Shown here: one piece after another, positions 1 through 12,049 of the stretch | How positions within the stretch are numbered: the first letter of the stretch is position 1 | Layout of the letters: every line of letters starts with the position of its first letter | Assembly: GCA_030141605.1 (NCBI GenBank) | Contig: JAQGDQ010000672.1 | Coordinates: forward strand, 1 to 64,000 | Reading direction: 5' to 3' | Length of the DNA: 64,000 bases | Source: Tubiluchus corallicola | Lineage: Eukaryota > Animalia > Priapulida | Translations under genes and position numbers: made by a program | Notes under the pieces: generated by a model | Databases searched by the model: none | What the model saw: the letters and a program-made list of their open reading frames with translations, nothing else | What the model was told of the DNA's origin: nothing

Positions 1-571
1 AGTATCTTCTTCATTATGCAGTTTTAAGATTAGACTTACACAGGCTAACTATATTAACAGTGTGGCCGCTTGCTGAAGCTGATGATTTTATACGGAGAAG
101 AAAATTAAACTCACATTTCTTATCTATCAAAAACTGCCGCAAGAAGCCTTCGCACAGTTCCAGCAATTGACGATGATCATGAAAAGGTCAAAGGTTAAGC
201 GTTGCATTTTTGTAACAGTTAAGAGTACCAGACAATGCATTTGTGTACACTTAAGAATGCTTCGCAGGCCAGGTTGATGTAATAGTAACAGTTTTAACAG
301 CTAGTTAGAACCTTAACTAGTTCATTTTTTCTTGTTCCCATGCAAGAACCTGCTAGTAAACCACTCTACGGTTAATACAGAATTAAGTAAAGTCCATGTA
401 AAACAAGTAAAGTGACTGCATTGATGCAGCAGACGGCTTTGGTTTGCCCGCTTGTCACATGATGGTTGTAGTAAAGAAGCGTTGCTGTTGTACACTTAAC
501 CTTTGACCTACAGCAACTGTGCATGCGCACAACGAAACTGTGAAAATGGTTATTTGACAACAAAAACTTAC

Positions 572-874
572 ACGCGGAAGAGAAACCTAGAACGGAATCG
601 GCTCCGTGGCACTCTTCCTCCTTGTCGCAGCTAATCTGGCAGCTCATGGAACGGTTTGCGTACGGCAGAGCATTGGAGCATAAACACTTTTGCGGGTAAG
701 GCCAGTGCATTTGGCCAGTATACTCTCCATACAATCCATAGTAAAGGTAGCCCCTATCTGTGCACGTGGTGTCACACAGATGTAAAAACGGTCCGGGAAT
801 CAGGAACCAAGAGAAAGGATAGTATACATCGGGATCGTAATAAGCGAAACAACCACGGTACGATGGATGGTAAC
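572..874 (-). CDS. WSC-domain secreted protein, coding exon 4 (third WSC-like domain); gene continues past the left edge
   Basis: ttttctag acceptor, gtaagt donor, 303 nt, phase 1-1; translates GYHPSYRGCFAY...LCDTTCTDRGYLYYGL...CLCSN...CQISC...C, the WSC cysteine pattern. Confidence 0.8.
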
Positions 875-1111
875 CTAGAAAATTGGCAAGTTGCCAAGGT
901 GTGAAATTTTTTTCGAATAATATTTTCTGAACTATAAAAGTTACCGTTTATATGTATCATATTACAAATAGTGAGTGAAACGGGATACTCTATAGAATAC
1001 CTAGCCGTTTATGGAGTGTCAAAACAAACCAGATAAGGTATCTAAAATAGTTCCTTCTACATTCTTCCTAGGCGTTTCATGGAGTGTCAAAACAGTCTAA
1101 AAAATTAACTA

Positions 1112-1563
1112 CAGTCAACCTCGGGTATAAGGGAGACTTATAACGGATTTTTCGTAACGTTTTTTCTATGTGAAAATCTTCATACATAACGTACTCGTAT
1201 ATAAGTAACTTTCGGTTATAAGGGACGATATCTTCAGTCCAGCGTAATAGAAACCCAGGTAAATTATCTCTCATATAAGGGACCCTATGATCAAAATGAA
1301 ATTGATCGATTTTTAACCTCAATTTTTCGCAAACTCAGCCGTCGAACAGCTCGGTTTCCACGGTCACATACATCTCGTATCACTGAAGGAGCTTCCTACA
1401 TACCGTTTGTACTGAATGTGTAGCAATATTCCATAAAAATATGAGTAACAGTACGGGTCTAGATACATCCTCGTTCTGACTCAACTTCGACTATAAGGGA
1501 CATCGGATATAAAGGACGTTTTTTTCCGGTCCCGAGGTTGTCCCTTATATCCGCTGTTGACCG
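1112..1563. mobile_element. Non-autonomous Tc1/mariner (pogo/Tigger-like) MITE
   Basis: Imperfect TIRs CAGTCAACCTCGGGTATAAGGGA / TCCCTTATATCCGCTGTTGACCG, with TA on both flanks. Confidence 0.7.
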
Positions 1564-1888
1564 TACGTCCAAAGTTTTCCCATTACTGACCCGTTTGAGC
1601 ATCCGGGTGATTTCATGTGTTTTAGCAATTTTGCAGCATTTGTAGTAAATGCGGAGCAAAATTATTAGCGTGAATGAATATTCCGGTTGCCTAATGCAGA
1701 GCGACACTAACCTGTTTCACACCTGAATGGGACAAGCCCGTTCAGAAGTTGATTTGTCATGATCGTTGTTAATTAGGTGTTACATATTTTTGCCCAGTAC
1801 CGAACAAAGGGGCGTGCATACAGGGTTTTATGTAAAATGGTTTTGATTTAACTGCGCTCAATTCAGCCTTAATTTATACTACATTTAC

Positions 1889-2215
1889 CTCCAGTATCAT
1901 ACAGCGCAAATGTATCATTGTCATTGGTATCACCACATAGCCCCGTGTTGCCGTCCGAACATTTTAAACATGCTGTTGAATCACCAAAAGCATGCACCCC
2001 ACCACCAAATGATTCGTCACAGTGACAGGTACTAGATTCGCTATCCGTCTGATTCACAAATGCAAAATATCCCGTGGAATCGTCTTCAGCACTGCGCCTT
2101 CTGCACTCATAAAGACAGTCATAAGCAGAAGTGATCTTTGTGATGGTGTGCTTGATGTCCGGTGCTACGTCAAATGACCAGCATCCTACAAACTCGGGAG
2201 GCTCATCGTTCCAAA
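1889..2215 (-). CDS. WSC-domain secreted protein, coding exon 3 (second WSC domain)
   Basis: tttgcag acceptor, gtaaat donor, 327 nt, phase 1-1; EFVGCW...CLYECRR...YFA...CHCDESFG...CLKCSDGNTGLCG...ALYDTG. Confidence 0.85.
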
Positions 2216-2309
2216 CTGCAAATAGAAAAGACATAATTCGTCTCATCGTAATAGTAAAACCTGAGCAAAAAACAACGACTACAACCTTAAGATTTAAAAC
2301 CACAGCATT

Positions 2310-4330
2310 TTAAGCTGCAGAGACATTATTAGTACTCTACTGAGAACAACAATATTCTAAGTTGCAGGTTTTGTTTTTGGTTTGTGTTTTGTCTCTATTG
2401 AGAACAACAACATTCTAAGCTCAAGGACATTATTAGTACTCTATTGAGAACAACAACATTCTAAGCTGCAGAGACATTATTAGTACTGTATTGAGAACAA
2501 AAACATTCTAAGTTGCAGGGACATTATTAGTACTCTACTGAGAACAACAATATTCTAAGTTGCAGGGACATTATTAGTACTCTATTGAGAACAACAACAT
2601 TCTAAGCTGCAGAGACATTATTAGTACTCCATTGAGAACAACAACATTCTAAGCTTCAAGGACATTATTAGTACTCTATTGAGAACAACAACATTCTAAG
2701 CTGCAGAGACATGATTAGTACTCTATTGAGAACAACAACATTCTAAGTTGCAGAGACATTATTAGTACTCTACTGAGAACAACAACATTCTAAGCTGCAG
2801 AAACATTATTAGTATTCTATTGAGAACAACAACATCTAAGTTGCAGGGACATTATTAGTACTCTATGAGAACAAAACATTCTAAGTGCAGACATTATTAG
2901 TACTCTATTGAGACAACAACATTCTAAGTTGCAGGGACATTATTAGTACTCTATTGAGAACAAAACATTCTAAGTGCAGGGACATTATTATTACTTATTG
3001 AGAACAACAACATTCTAAGTTGCAGAGACATTATTAGTATCTATTGAGACAAACATTCTAAGTGCAGGACATTATTAGTACTCTATGAGAACAACAACAT
3101 TCTAAGTGCAGAGACATTATTAGTACTTATGAGACAACAACATTCTAAGTGCAGAGACATTATTAGTTGGTTTGTGGGTTTTGTACTCTATTGAGAACAA
3201 CAACATTCTAAGCTGCAGAGACATTATTAGTACTCTATTGAGAACAACAACATTCTAAGCTGCAGAGACATTATTAGTACTCTATTGAGAACAACAACAT
3301 TCTAAGCTGCAGAGACATTATTAGTACTCTACTGAGAACAAAAACATTCTAAGCTGCAGAGACATTATTAGTACTCTATTGAGAACAACAACATTCTAAG
3401 CTTCAAGGCATATTATACTTATGAGAACAACAACATTCTAAGTGCAGAGACATATTATATCTATGAGAACAAAACATTCTAAGTGCAGGACATTATTAGT
3501 ACTCTATTGAGAACAACAACATTCTAAGCTGCAGAGACATTATTAGTACTCTATGGTTTGTTGGGACATTATTAGTACTCTATTGAGAACAAAAACATTC
3601 TAAGCTTCAAGGACATTATTAGTACTCTATTGATTTGTACAGGGACATTATTAGTACTCTATTGAGAACAACAACATTCTAAGCTGCAGAGACATGATTA
3701 TTACTTTATTGAGAACAACAACATTCTAAGTTGCAGAGACATTATTAGTACTCTACTGAGAACAAAAACATTCTAAGCTACAGGGACATTATTAGTACTC
3801 TATTGAGAACAACAACATTCTAAGCTGCAGAGACATGATTATTACTTTATTGAGAACAACAACATTCTAAGTTGCAGAGACATTATTAAGACATTATTAT
3901 CTCTATTGAGAACAACAACATTCTATAGAGACATGATTATACTTGGTGTTGGGTTTTTGTTTGTGGTTTTTTACTCTATTGAGAACAACAACATTCTAAG
4001 TTGCAGAGACATGATTAGTACTCTATCGAGAACAACAACATTCTAAGTTGCAGGGACATTATTATTACTCTACTGAGAACAACAACATTCTAAGTTGCAG
4101 AGACATTATTAGTACTCTATTGAGTACAACAACATTCTAAGTTGCAGGGACATTATTAGTACTCTACTGAGAACAACAACATTCTAAGTTGCAGAGACAT
4201 TATTAGTACTCTATTGAGAACAACAACATTCTAAGTTGCAGGGACATTATTAGTACTCTATTGAGAACAAAAACATTCTAAGCTGCAGAGACATTATTAG
4301 TACTCTAGTGAGAACAACAATATTCTAAGT
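2310..4330. repeat. 47-bp minisatellite, ~40 copies, inside a WSC-gene intron
   Basis: Unit GAGACATTATTAGTACTCTATTGAGAACAACAACATTCTAAGCTGCA. Confidence 0.95.
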
Positions 4331-4406
4331 TGATTCATAAAAATACGATGCAGAACACAGCTACGAATTCTGCACCTTCGAAAGCACAAAATGTCGGAAC
4401 ACTTAC

Positions 4407-4715
4407 CACCGGTATCGTATATAGAACTTGTCGGAACAGAAGCATTTCCACAAAACATGCCATCAGCAGAATCCGTATTGCAAGCAGGGCAGGTGCTGTT
4501 GTAGCTTCCGTATCTTCCGTATGAATTGCCACAAGCACAGAGAAATCCCGTGCTGGGATCGTGAGTTATGCTAGTAAACGGGAATTCTTCACTCTCACAC
4601 TTGGTGATGCATTCGCGGGGATCTTCGGCTTGCTCTGTGTCAAGATTCGAACTTGTTATACTGACGTTGCCCTTAAAGCAACCAACATACTCAAAACGCT
4701 CAGAAATGTTTTCAC
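4407..4715 (-). CDS. WSC-domain secreted protein, coding exon 2 (first WSC domain)
   Basis: ttttcag acceptor, gtaagt donor, 309 nt, phase 1-1; FEYVGCFKG...ECITKCESEEFPF...CACGNSYGRYG...CPAC...FCGN...SIYDTG. This frame is not in the supplied ORF track. Confidence 0.85.
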
Positions 4716-5089
4716 CTGAAAACCAATAAGGATAACAAGAACTATAATAAAAACAAAGATAGTAAAACTGACAATCGTGAACTAATCAGACGGTTTTTAA
4801 TAAATCTAATAATAATCATAATCATAATCTTTTTTATTTATCTTGCAATACACATACACTTATACTACAAATAATTTGAAAAAAGAATTGTGAAGAAAAG
4901 ACAGCAAAAGATAAATTGGTCATCTAATCTAGAGCCGCTACTTTTTTGGAACTCCTTTTCCTATTCGTTTCCTTTTTATTGTGCATCTAAATCTTCCATA
5001 CGGTCAAAATTGGTCATTGGTACAATCTGGTCAACCATGGTCGGTCATTGGTCAAAATTACTAGAATGACAGCTTATGGGAACAGCTAC

Positions 5090-5310
5090 GCAATTGCCAG
5101 ACTGGCAAACGAAGCTGTTCCACTTTCTTGACACATTTAATTTCTTAAACGTTGCAGGTAAATTTAACGAGATTCTGTGCATCATAGCACAGGAAGTTAA
5201 CCCACTTTGTCGGTGTGGCGACGAAGAACAAAACACTGGGCATCTGCTCTACAAGTGCCAGCTAGTGTATAACTTAAGAAGACAGGTTTGGGGAAAAAAG
5301 ATCTAAATTG
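5090..5310 (+). mobile_element. Decayed LINE ORF2 C-terminal fragment (CCHC knuckle)
   Basis: CRCGDEEQNTGHLLYKC resembles the C-terminal zinc knuckle of non-LTR retrotransposon ORF2. Confidence 0.5.
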
Positions 5311-5692
5311 AATTTATATAGTTACAAATCAGGAAACTACTCAAGCCTTTGTAAATTTATTGCACGGTAACTTTTTGTTAGTAATTTTCGCATTTATAAC
5401 TAACTTATATAAAATAATATTTTAAAATGTATTTTTCTAATTTTTAACTGCACAAAAGAATTTAGGTATTACTTCATTTCAAAAATTCCTGAAAAACCTT
5501 TGCAATGCATAGTAAACTCATACTTCTACACCAGTAACACTATACCTATAAGTTAATAGGTTCAGTCAGTTAATGGGGTCAAAACATGTATTTCTATTAT
5601 TCCGCTCTGGCAATTATGTCTCGTCAAACATAAGCAGATATGCGCCTATTACCTAATATTCAGGAGTTACAAATAGAAAAACGTTGCTTTAC

Positions 5693-5756
5693 CTTTCGTA
5701 CTAATAAAAAACGACAAACCACCCAGAAACACTACAATGTATGCATTGCAAACCAT
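5693..5756 (-). CDS. WSC-domain secreted protein, coding exon 1 (signal peptide)
   Basis: ATG at 5756; MVCNAYIVVFLGGLSFFISTK-G followed by gtaaag donor; phase 1 matches the next exon. Confidence 0.7.
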
Positions 5757-5943
5757 TACTGACGTATTAATAAGTAGTTATTATTCGTTCTGAACAGTAA
5801 GCGAAAAGTTTTTCAGAACAAAAAGTTATGGAATCCATTGTTAGGAAAAACCAAGTAGTTCAGCAGCAAGTGTTCTAGAATCTATTGACCTGGATGCTAT
5901 TATACCGATCTTTTGATTTTCTTCCCAGAATTACGCTTCTTAA

Positions 5944-6492
5944 AGAAAAATCGGACGACTGATCAGACTCAATCTTATTTTAATTTATTCTCCAAAGTGT
6001 AAATTTTCTTTCCTATAAAAGTTAGTAATTGTTTCTTATATTTGAATAATTAGCTTAGAAAATTAATTAATGGCAACCGAACTCAGCTATTGTTTACGTC
6101 AGAAAGTAACCACAGTTTGTGCAATGGCAGAAGTCTTCCCTTGCGCGTCAAGTATCTTTGCGTAAGTGTTACATTGCTGCTTAAACGCATGATGTCACGA
6201 AAATGAGCTCTACGTCATATGACATTACAAACTAACACTGCAGTTCATGATCAGGGTTATCACGGTACCCCCTTCTATTTGTCAGCCACATGCATGTGAC
6301 AAAAAGACGCCGTTACCAATCTTAGTAGATTCACTGAGCAGCGCGTAACTTTGAAAGTTTAACGAAATTTGAGTATCCCAGGTAATTATTATTTAACCAA
6401 AGGTTTGATTTAGAAAAAAGCTATTGTAGTTTTCAATATTTTAGAGCATTCTTTATTCTGAACTAATGTTTACACAATCGTACGGTTTTCCT
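5944..6492. mobile_element. TTAA-flanked TIR element family A (Kolobok-like), copy 1
   Basis: ttaa|AGAAAAATCGGACGA ... TCGTACGGTTTTCCT|ttaa; body aligns by eye with 8728-9259 and, inverted, with 52024-52567. Confidence 0.7.
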
Positions 6493-7378
6493 TTAATAAT
6501 AACTGAGATTACCGTTTCATTCGATATTCCAGAAAATATTCAAAAAGCCAGAGATCCGTAAAACGAACAGATATGCAGCTTTAGTATCAGATGTTGAAAA
6601 ACTTTTTGAAAATTTTGAGCTGCCGTTTTTGTTCAATTTGAGATGAACAGTCGCGGTTTTACTTCTGCTGACAATGTGATATGCTTAAAATACAAACGGT
6701 GTCATTTCAAAGGAAAATTACATGTGAAACGCGAATTATATAATAATAATAATAAATCTTTATTAAAGAAATGAATATATATACACAAAGGTGCCTCTTT
6801 TTGCAGGCTCAAATCAACAAATTACATTTTCACATAACAAATCTTTTAAATCCAGTTTCACAGTATGTACAACGAATAACATTTTATACTTAAATTAGAT
6901 ATAATTTCAAACGAATCACAAGTATTATACAAACAAATTAACTTTATACAACTACATAATTTATTTTTGTATACTGGAGCGGGCCTAAATTAACAATTAC
7001 TTAGTATAAAGTTGTCTCTGATCAGGTTAGTGAAAGCCATTATTAAATTTTTATCAGATTGAAGCATAATATTACGTGTATAATTTGCATCAGCTTATTA
7101 CATCTGAATAAAATGTGCTGAGGAGTTTGCTCTTCTTCAAATGCGAAGAGACTTAACAAAACTTGCCGTCATCTCATCATATGCAGTTTTATGTTCGAAA
7201 TTTTCGCCAGCTGAAAAACCTGTAAATTGTAATCTATGATGAAAAAATGGACTTTTCGAAGGGACGTATATAAAAACCAAATAAGATCGAAGTTTTCTGA
7301 CGCTGATGAGATACATGGGCAGTTTACCCACATCCTACGGTGTACACTATTAGCTCCACACAATAATTACTTACTTTT

Positions 7379-7881
7379 CAGGGATGAGAATGACAAATTG
7401 TAAAAAACTCTGAAACAGGTCGGGGGTTTTGGGGCCACCTAGGCCCCCAATGGAGTTCAAGGGGAGCCAGAAACAAGTTGCAATTTTGTGACCATAGAGA
7501 ACCTATAAGTGGGCTTAAAATATCAGTTAAATTGTTTCATGCATAATTTAAAATACCCAACTATCAAGGATACATGACACCTAATTGACTCAAATATGTA
7601 CTGGCCGCTGCTATGCAAAAGTATATAAAAACTGTCTGCAATTGACTTAAATAACTCTGCACAATTGATTCTATATTTTTATACATAGAGATATACACGT
7701 GGTTACACTGATGTACGTGATGTAAGCAAAGTGACGGCCTGCCAACTAGCGGTCAGCTTGTGAAATAATGTACTGGGTCCGTAAAAATTTCCTCAACGAA
7801 TTTACGCGATTTACAAAAATGGCACTACTGGTTTTCCAAAAACTCGGAATTCCGCATATCTGCGGAAAATTCTCATCCCTG
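7379..7881. mobile_element. hAT-like MITE family B, copy 1
   Basis: TIR CAGGGATGAGAAT / ATTCTCATCCCTG; highly similar copy at 41278-41765. Confidence 0.75.
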
Positions 7882-7961
7882 ACCTTTAAGACATGGAAGC
7901 TAACTCTAACATGCTAAAAACGAAAACCGGACACTGGTGAGTAAAAATACATGGTGTACGC

Positions 7962-8443
7962 CAGGGGTGTGCAAATTGCGGCCCGCCGAGAGAATTTGTG
8001 CGGCCCGCGAAGAGATTTGTCAACCTAATGAAAGTGCGGTCTGGGCGATAATTGAGTGTATCCAGCTGAAGTTCATGCCACGCTCCCAAAGATAGTGCGG
8101 GTAGTTTTTTCTACTAGATCGGATGCCATTAACCCTTTACAAGACGGTTGTAGCTTAATGTCACTGTACTACACAGACTGTGTGATACACATTACTAATA
8201 TGCATTGTAATGAAATTACCACTATCTGTCCTGAAAGTAGAAATATATGGTTTGTAACATAAATTTTAATAACTTCCAAAATGGTTTCTTGAGTGTAGTA
8301 GTAATGATGTACGCAGGTCGGATGCAAAAAAATCGTTATTAGGTCCTACTGTACTTGGCTCCTTGATCAAACTGCCTGTGGCCCGCAGGAATTGCGGGAA
8401 AGTTTAATGTGGCCCGGCTAGTCAGATAATTTACACACCCCTG
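7962..8443. mobile_element. hAT (Charlie-like) MITE
   Basis: TIR CAGGGGTGTGCAAATT / AATTTACACACCCCTG; subterminal GGCCCG motifs; 8-bp TSD GTGTACGC/GCGTACGC (7 of 8 match). Confidence 0.8.
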
Positions 8444-8727
8444 GCGTACGCATTGTTTTAGAAAATATCAGGTCAAGAACTAGAAAGAATTAAGCTCTAA
8501 AAGTCCCCATGCATGTGTTCATCACAAGTACTGAGGTATCTTTGGAAATTTTTTCACTTAAATTTGAGATGGTCACCTGGAAACTTATTAAAGATGTAGT
8601 TGAATTGACACAGAGAGACCTAGGAGTACATGGTCCATTTGAACTGATTCTGGTCATTAGAGGAGCTTTACATCAACATTCCAACGTCTGTGCATCTGTA
8701 GTGTAAATAATAATCAAAACCCATTAA

Positions 8728-9259
8728 AAGAAAACTGGACGATTGATTATATGCAATATCATTTTAATTTACTGAACAAAATATTTGTTTTCGCTACAAG
8801 AATTAGTAATTGTTTCTACGTTTTGAATATTTACCTTGGAAAGTTAATTAGCGGCCACCGAACACAGCTATTGCTCACATCACAAACTAACCACTGTTTG
8901 TGCAATGGTACACATCTTCCCTGCGTGTCAAGCAGACTTGAGTAAGCGAAGATTGTTAAAAGACGCTGACGTGACATCACGAAATGAGCTCTACGTCACA
9001 GATGAACGCTGCAATTCATGATCATGCCTATTATGGTAGCAAGCCTATTTGCCGGCCACGCGAATGTGATAAAAAGGCACCATTGCCCGTCTTAGTGGAT
9101 TCGCTGAGCTGCATGTAGCTTTGAAAGTTTAACAAAATTTAATTATCCGAGGTAATTATTATTTAATCTAAGCTTTGATTTAAAAAAAAGCTGTTGTAGT
9201 TTTCAATATTTCAGCATTCTTTATTTAAAACTAATGTCTACACAATCGTCCAGTTTTCT
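8728..9259. mobile_element. Kolobok-like family A, copy 2
   Basis: TIR AAGAAAACTGGACGATTG / CAATCGTCCAGTTTTCT flanked by TTAA. Confidence 0.7.
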
Positions 9260-12049
9260 TTAAAGCTGTTGTGCACATGCGGCTATGAGCACGTGTCTGA
9301 GATAACACACTGTATGCTATCATCTGCTGCTAGGTAGAAAAGTACTGTCTCTGAACACAGTAACAATTGCCACGTGATTAACGTATACTGTCATATTCTT
9401 GGATGTGATAAAGTGTAAACTTAGCATGTGTGTTTAAAACATAATAATGGAAGCCTAAGCTTTGTGAAGTGTAAGTGAACTACAACAGCTTAATTTTTCA
9501 CAATTGTCTCTCCATGAGAAAGTTGCAGTCAAGAAAAGAGGCCGTTCAACACCCGATCTTCAAATATAACTACAACATTGAAATTACATATGTTTGTTAC
9601 ATTTTACACAGTATTAAAACAGTGGCTAAAAATTTTCTGAAACAGCACCCCCACTAATTTTAACTACGAACCGCCACTTATGTCAAGGAGAGCTCAGGTG
9701 TTTATGATAAGTTCGTTCAATAGATAACAGGTTCCTTCAAAGTGTTAGACCAGTTTTTTAGTGTTTCCATCGGGTACCCGGCTACAAGAGTAATTACCCG
9801 CATTGTTTATTGCCCGAGCTTAATATTTCTACCTTGTTACAACAATAACAATGCAGGCATTATTTGTAATACGGTATCATCGTTAGAAAATTTAAAATTT
9901 AAGTATCACCAGTTGTCTGCTGTGCACTTCTATAGAAAATACCTCCTAGCAAACTACTAATTGCTGTGTTGGCAGTACACCAAGTTAACAGCCTGTAGGG
10001 AGATGGCAGGCAACACCATTCTTGCTGTAGGGGTGACTTACAAAAAACGAATCGTGATTTCTTTGCCAAGAGGTTCGTTATCCAAATTAAGTTGTTTATT
10101 AACCTTTAAAAACCTGTTTCAGGATACAAACAAAGTTACAAATAAATGGACTGTTAAGTTTGACAGCACATAAAAATTATAATATTGATAATTTTATTCA
10201 CCTAATCCCTAGTGTTGTAGTGTTTAGTAGTGTTTAGATTGGTACATAGTCTGACGCAGCTAACTCATAGACGATACGTGCAATTAACTAATTAAGAAGT
10301 AATATAGCAAACTCTGTCAAATGCACTGTGTGGGGAAACACTAATTTTTGTGACTTACACATCGCACCTCATGTTATCAGGCTTTCAGGGTGAAATAACA
10401 ATGCAGTTAGTTAAAATGCACCAATGGTTGTTTTTACTTGTGAACATAAATAATTATAATTTCTTCCCTGCTGCTGAATCTTGACAATCGGGTACTCGGG
10501 TATCTGGTATAAGGAAACTCCGGTACCTTGGATCTTCTCTGCAAAAATATATTGGAGCAAATAGATGTTTTATGTTCTATATGTACACGAGTCTGATTTT
10601 TGCTACCCGTGTAAACGTAAGCAAATTTGCATAACAGCTTAAACAGTTTTCGGGAGAACTGCACAGTATCACATCCTTTTTAATGCCGTTCGAGTGGAAA
10701 CTACGGGAAACTTGGATCTTTCCTACTTTTTTCCTTGGAATAGTGAGCCTCTTGCCATCAAGCATAGATAGTACAACTACCAGTTGACTCATCAACAGCA
10801 ACCAGTATATTTCGTAATTATTGTTCAGCAGGATGATACTAATAGCAATAATGATAAAATAACCATAAAAATAATTTTATGTAAAGTAAAGTGTTGACCC
10901 AAACGACAATACTATATATGGTTATTAGTATTAACAGTATAAAGTTGTTACAGTACACGAATTGCACAAGATATACAAGTACTACTAGTCACGTAAAAAT
11001 ATTAAAAAGGTAACTTTTGGGGGCGAGGACCTCTCTTGATTAATAGTACTAGCCCCAGCTAAACAGTAAAATGCTCGAAATCTGAGTGACGACATTCCTA
11101 ATTGATAGCAAAACAGGTACAGAGGCTCCCGTTCGCTAACAGTGCGATGACATACTATAACCTACATATTACAAAGAAATCAAATTTAAGGTGTAATTAA
11201 TCAAATTTATTATAATTGGAAATAAAATTAAACGCAAGTTAAGCGCAGATAACACAATATTAACTTTTTCGGCCACAATATATGCGACCACGTGCACATT
11301 TTGATTTTTTTTTCTGCATATTGCTGCACCTCACCAGCCACAACCAATCAAAAATACGTTTAAGAAGTGCATCGCGCACGACCAACGTACTTCAGGTATT
11401 AACAGTAAAAAATAATTACTTTATTAATTACTTTTCCACGAGCGCTGACGCCATGAAACAATCAGCCTCGTTCCGCTGCTGCCGCATAATAAACGCCGTT
11501 CATTGTTGAAGCTTTCATAAAAACAAAAAAAAATTATCAATGGTCAGTTGAAATGATTTTTTTTGTGTAAAGTTTCTATAAAGTTTTTCATTTTCGGGCG
11601 CAAACTGCAAATAAAATAATGTATTTACTGCATAACATACTGTCAGCCTTTGACAAAGCATACCTGCAAGCCATATTTTCGATCTTCCCAAGCATTCAAA
11701 GACTAAAATAGATATGCATTAATGTGTTAGGCAATTAACCTCTCCTTACCATTTTTCCGAATTACTTGCAAACATTTTTTTGTTTCAATTTTTTGGTTTT
11801 GCATGGTAAATGTTTCAAACAGATACAGAAATCCTTTGTAGTGTGTCAAGTTTGCATCTGTGCATTAAGTCAGATTTGTATATAAAATTGACACAAACTG
11901 TACAGTGTACACTGCATATCATTGGTTCTAATCCAGGCTAAAGCAAGTTTTTTTGTATCTTTCTTACTTAGAAAATTTGCTTCTTAAAGTTTAATAGTTG
12001 GAGGTCAATAGTCTGCCATTTCATTTTTTCTGATAGTTGGATATTAATA

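Noticed and set aside
10577-10801. 74-aa ORF as a possible exon
   Set aside because: No recognisable motif or convincing splice sites
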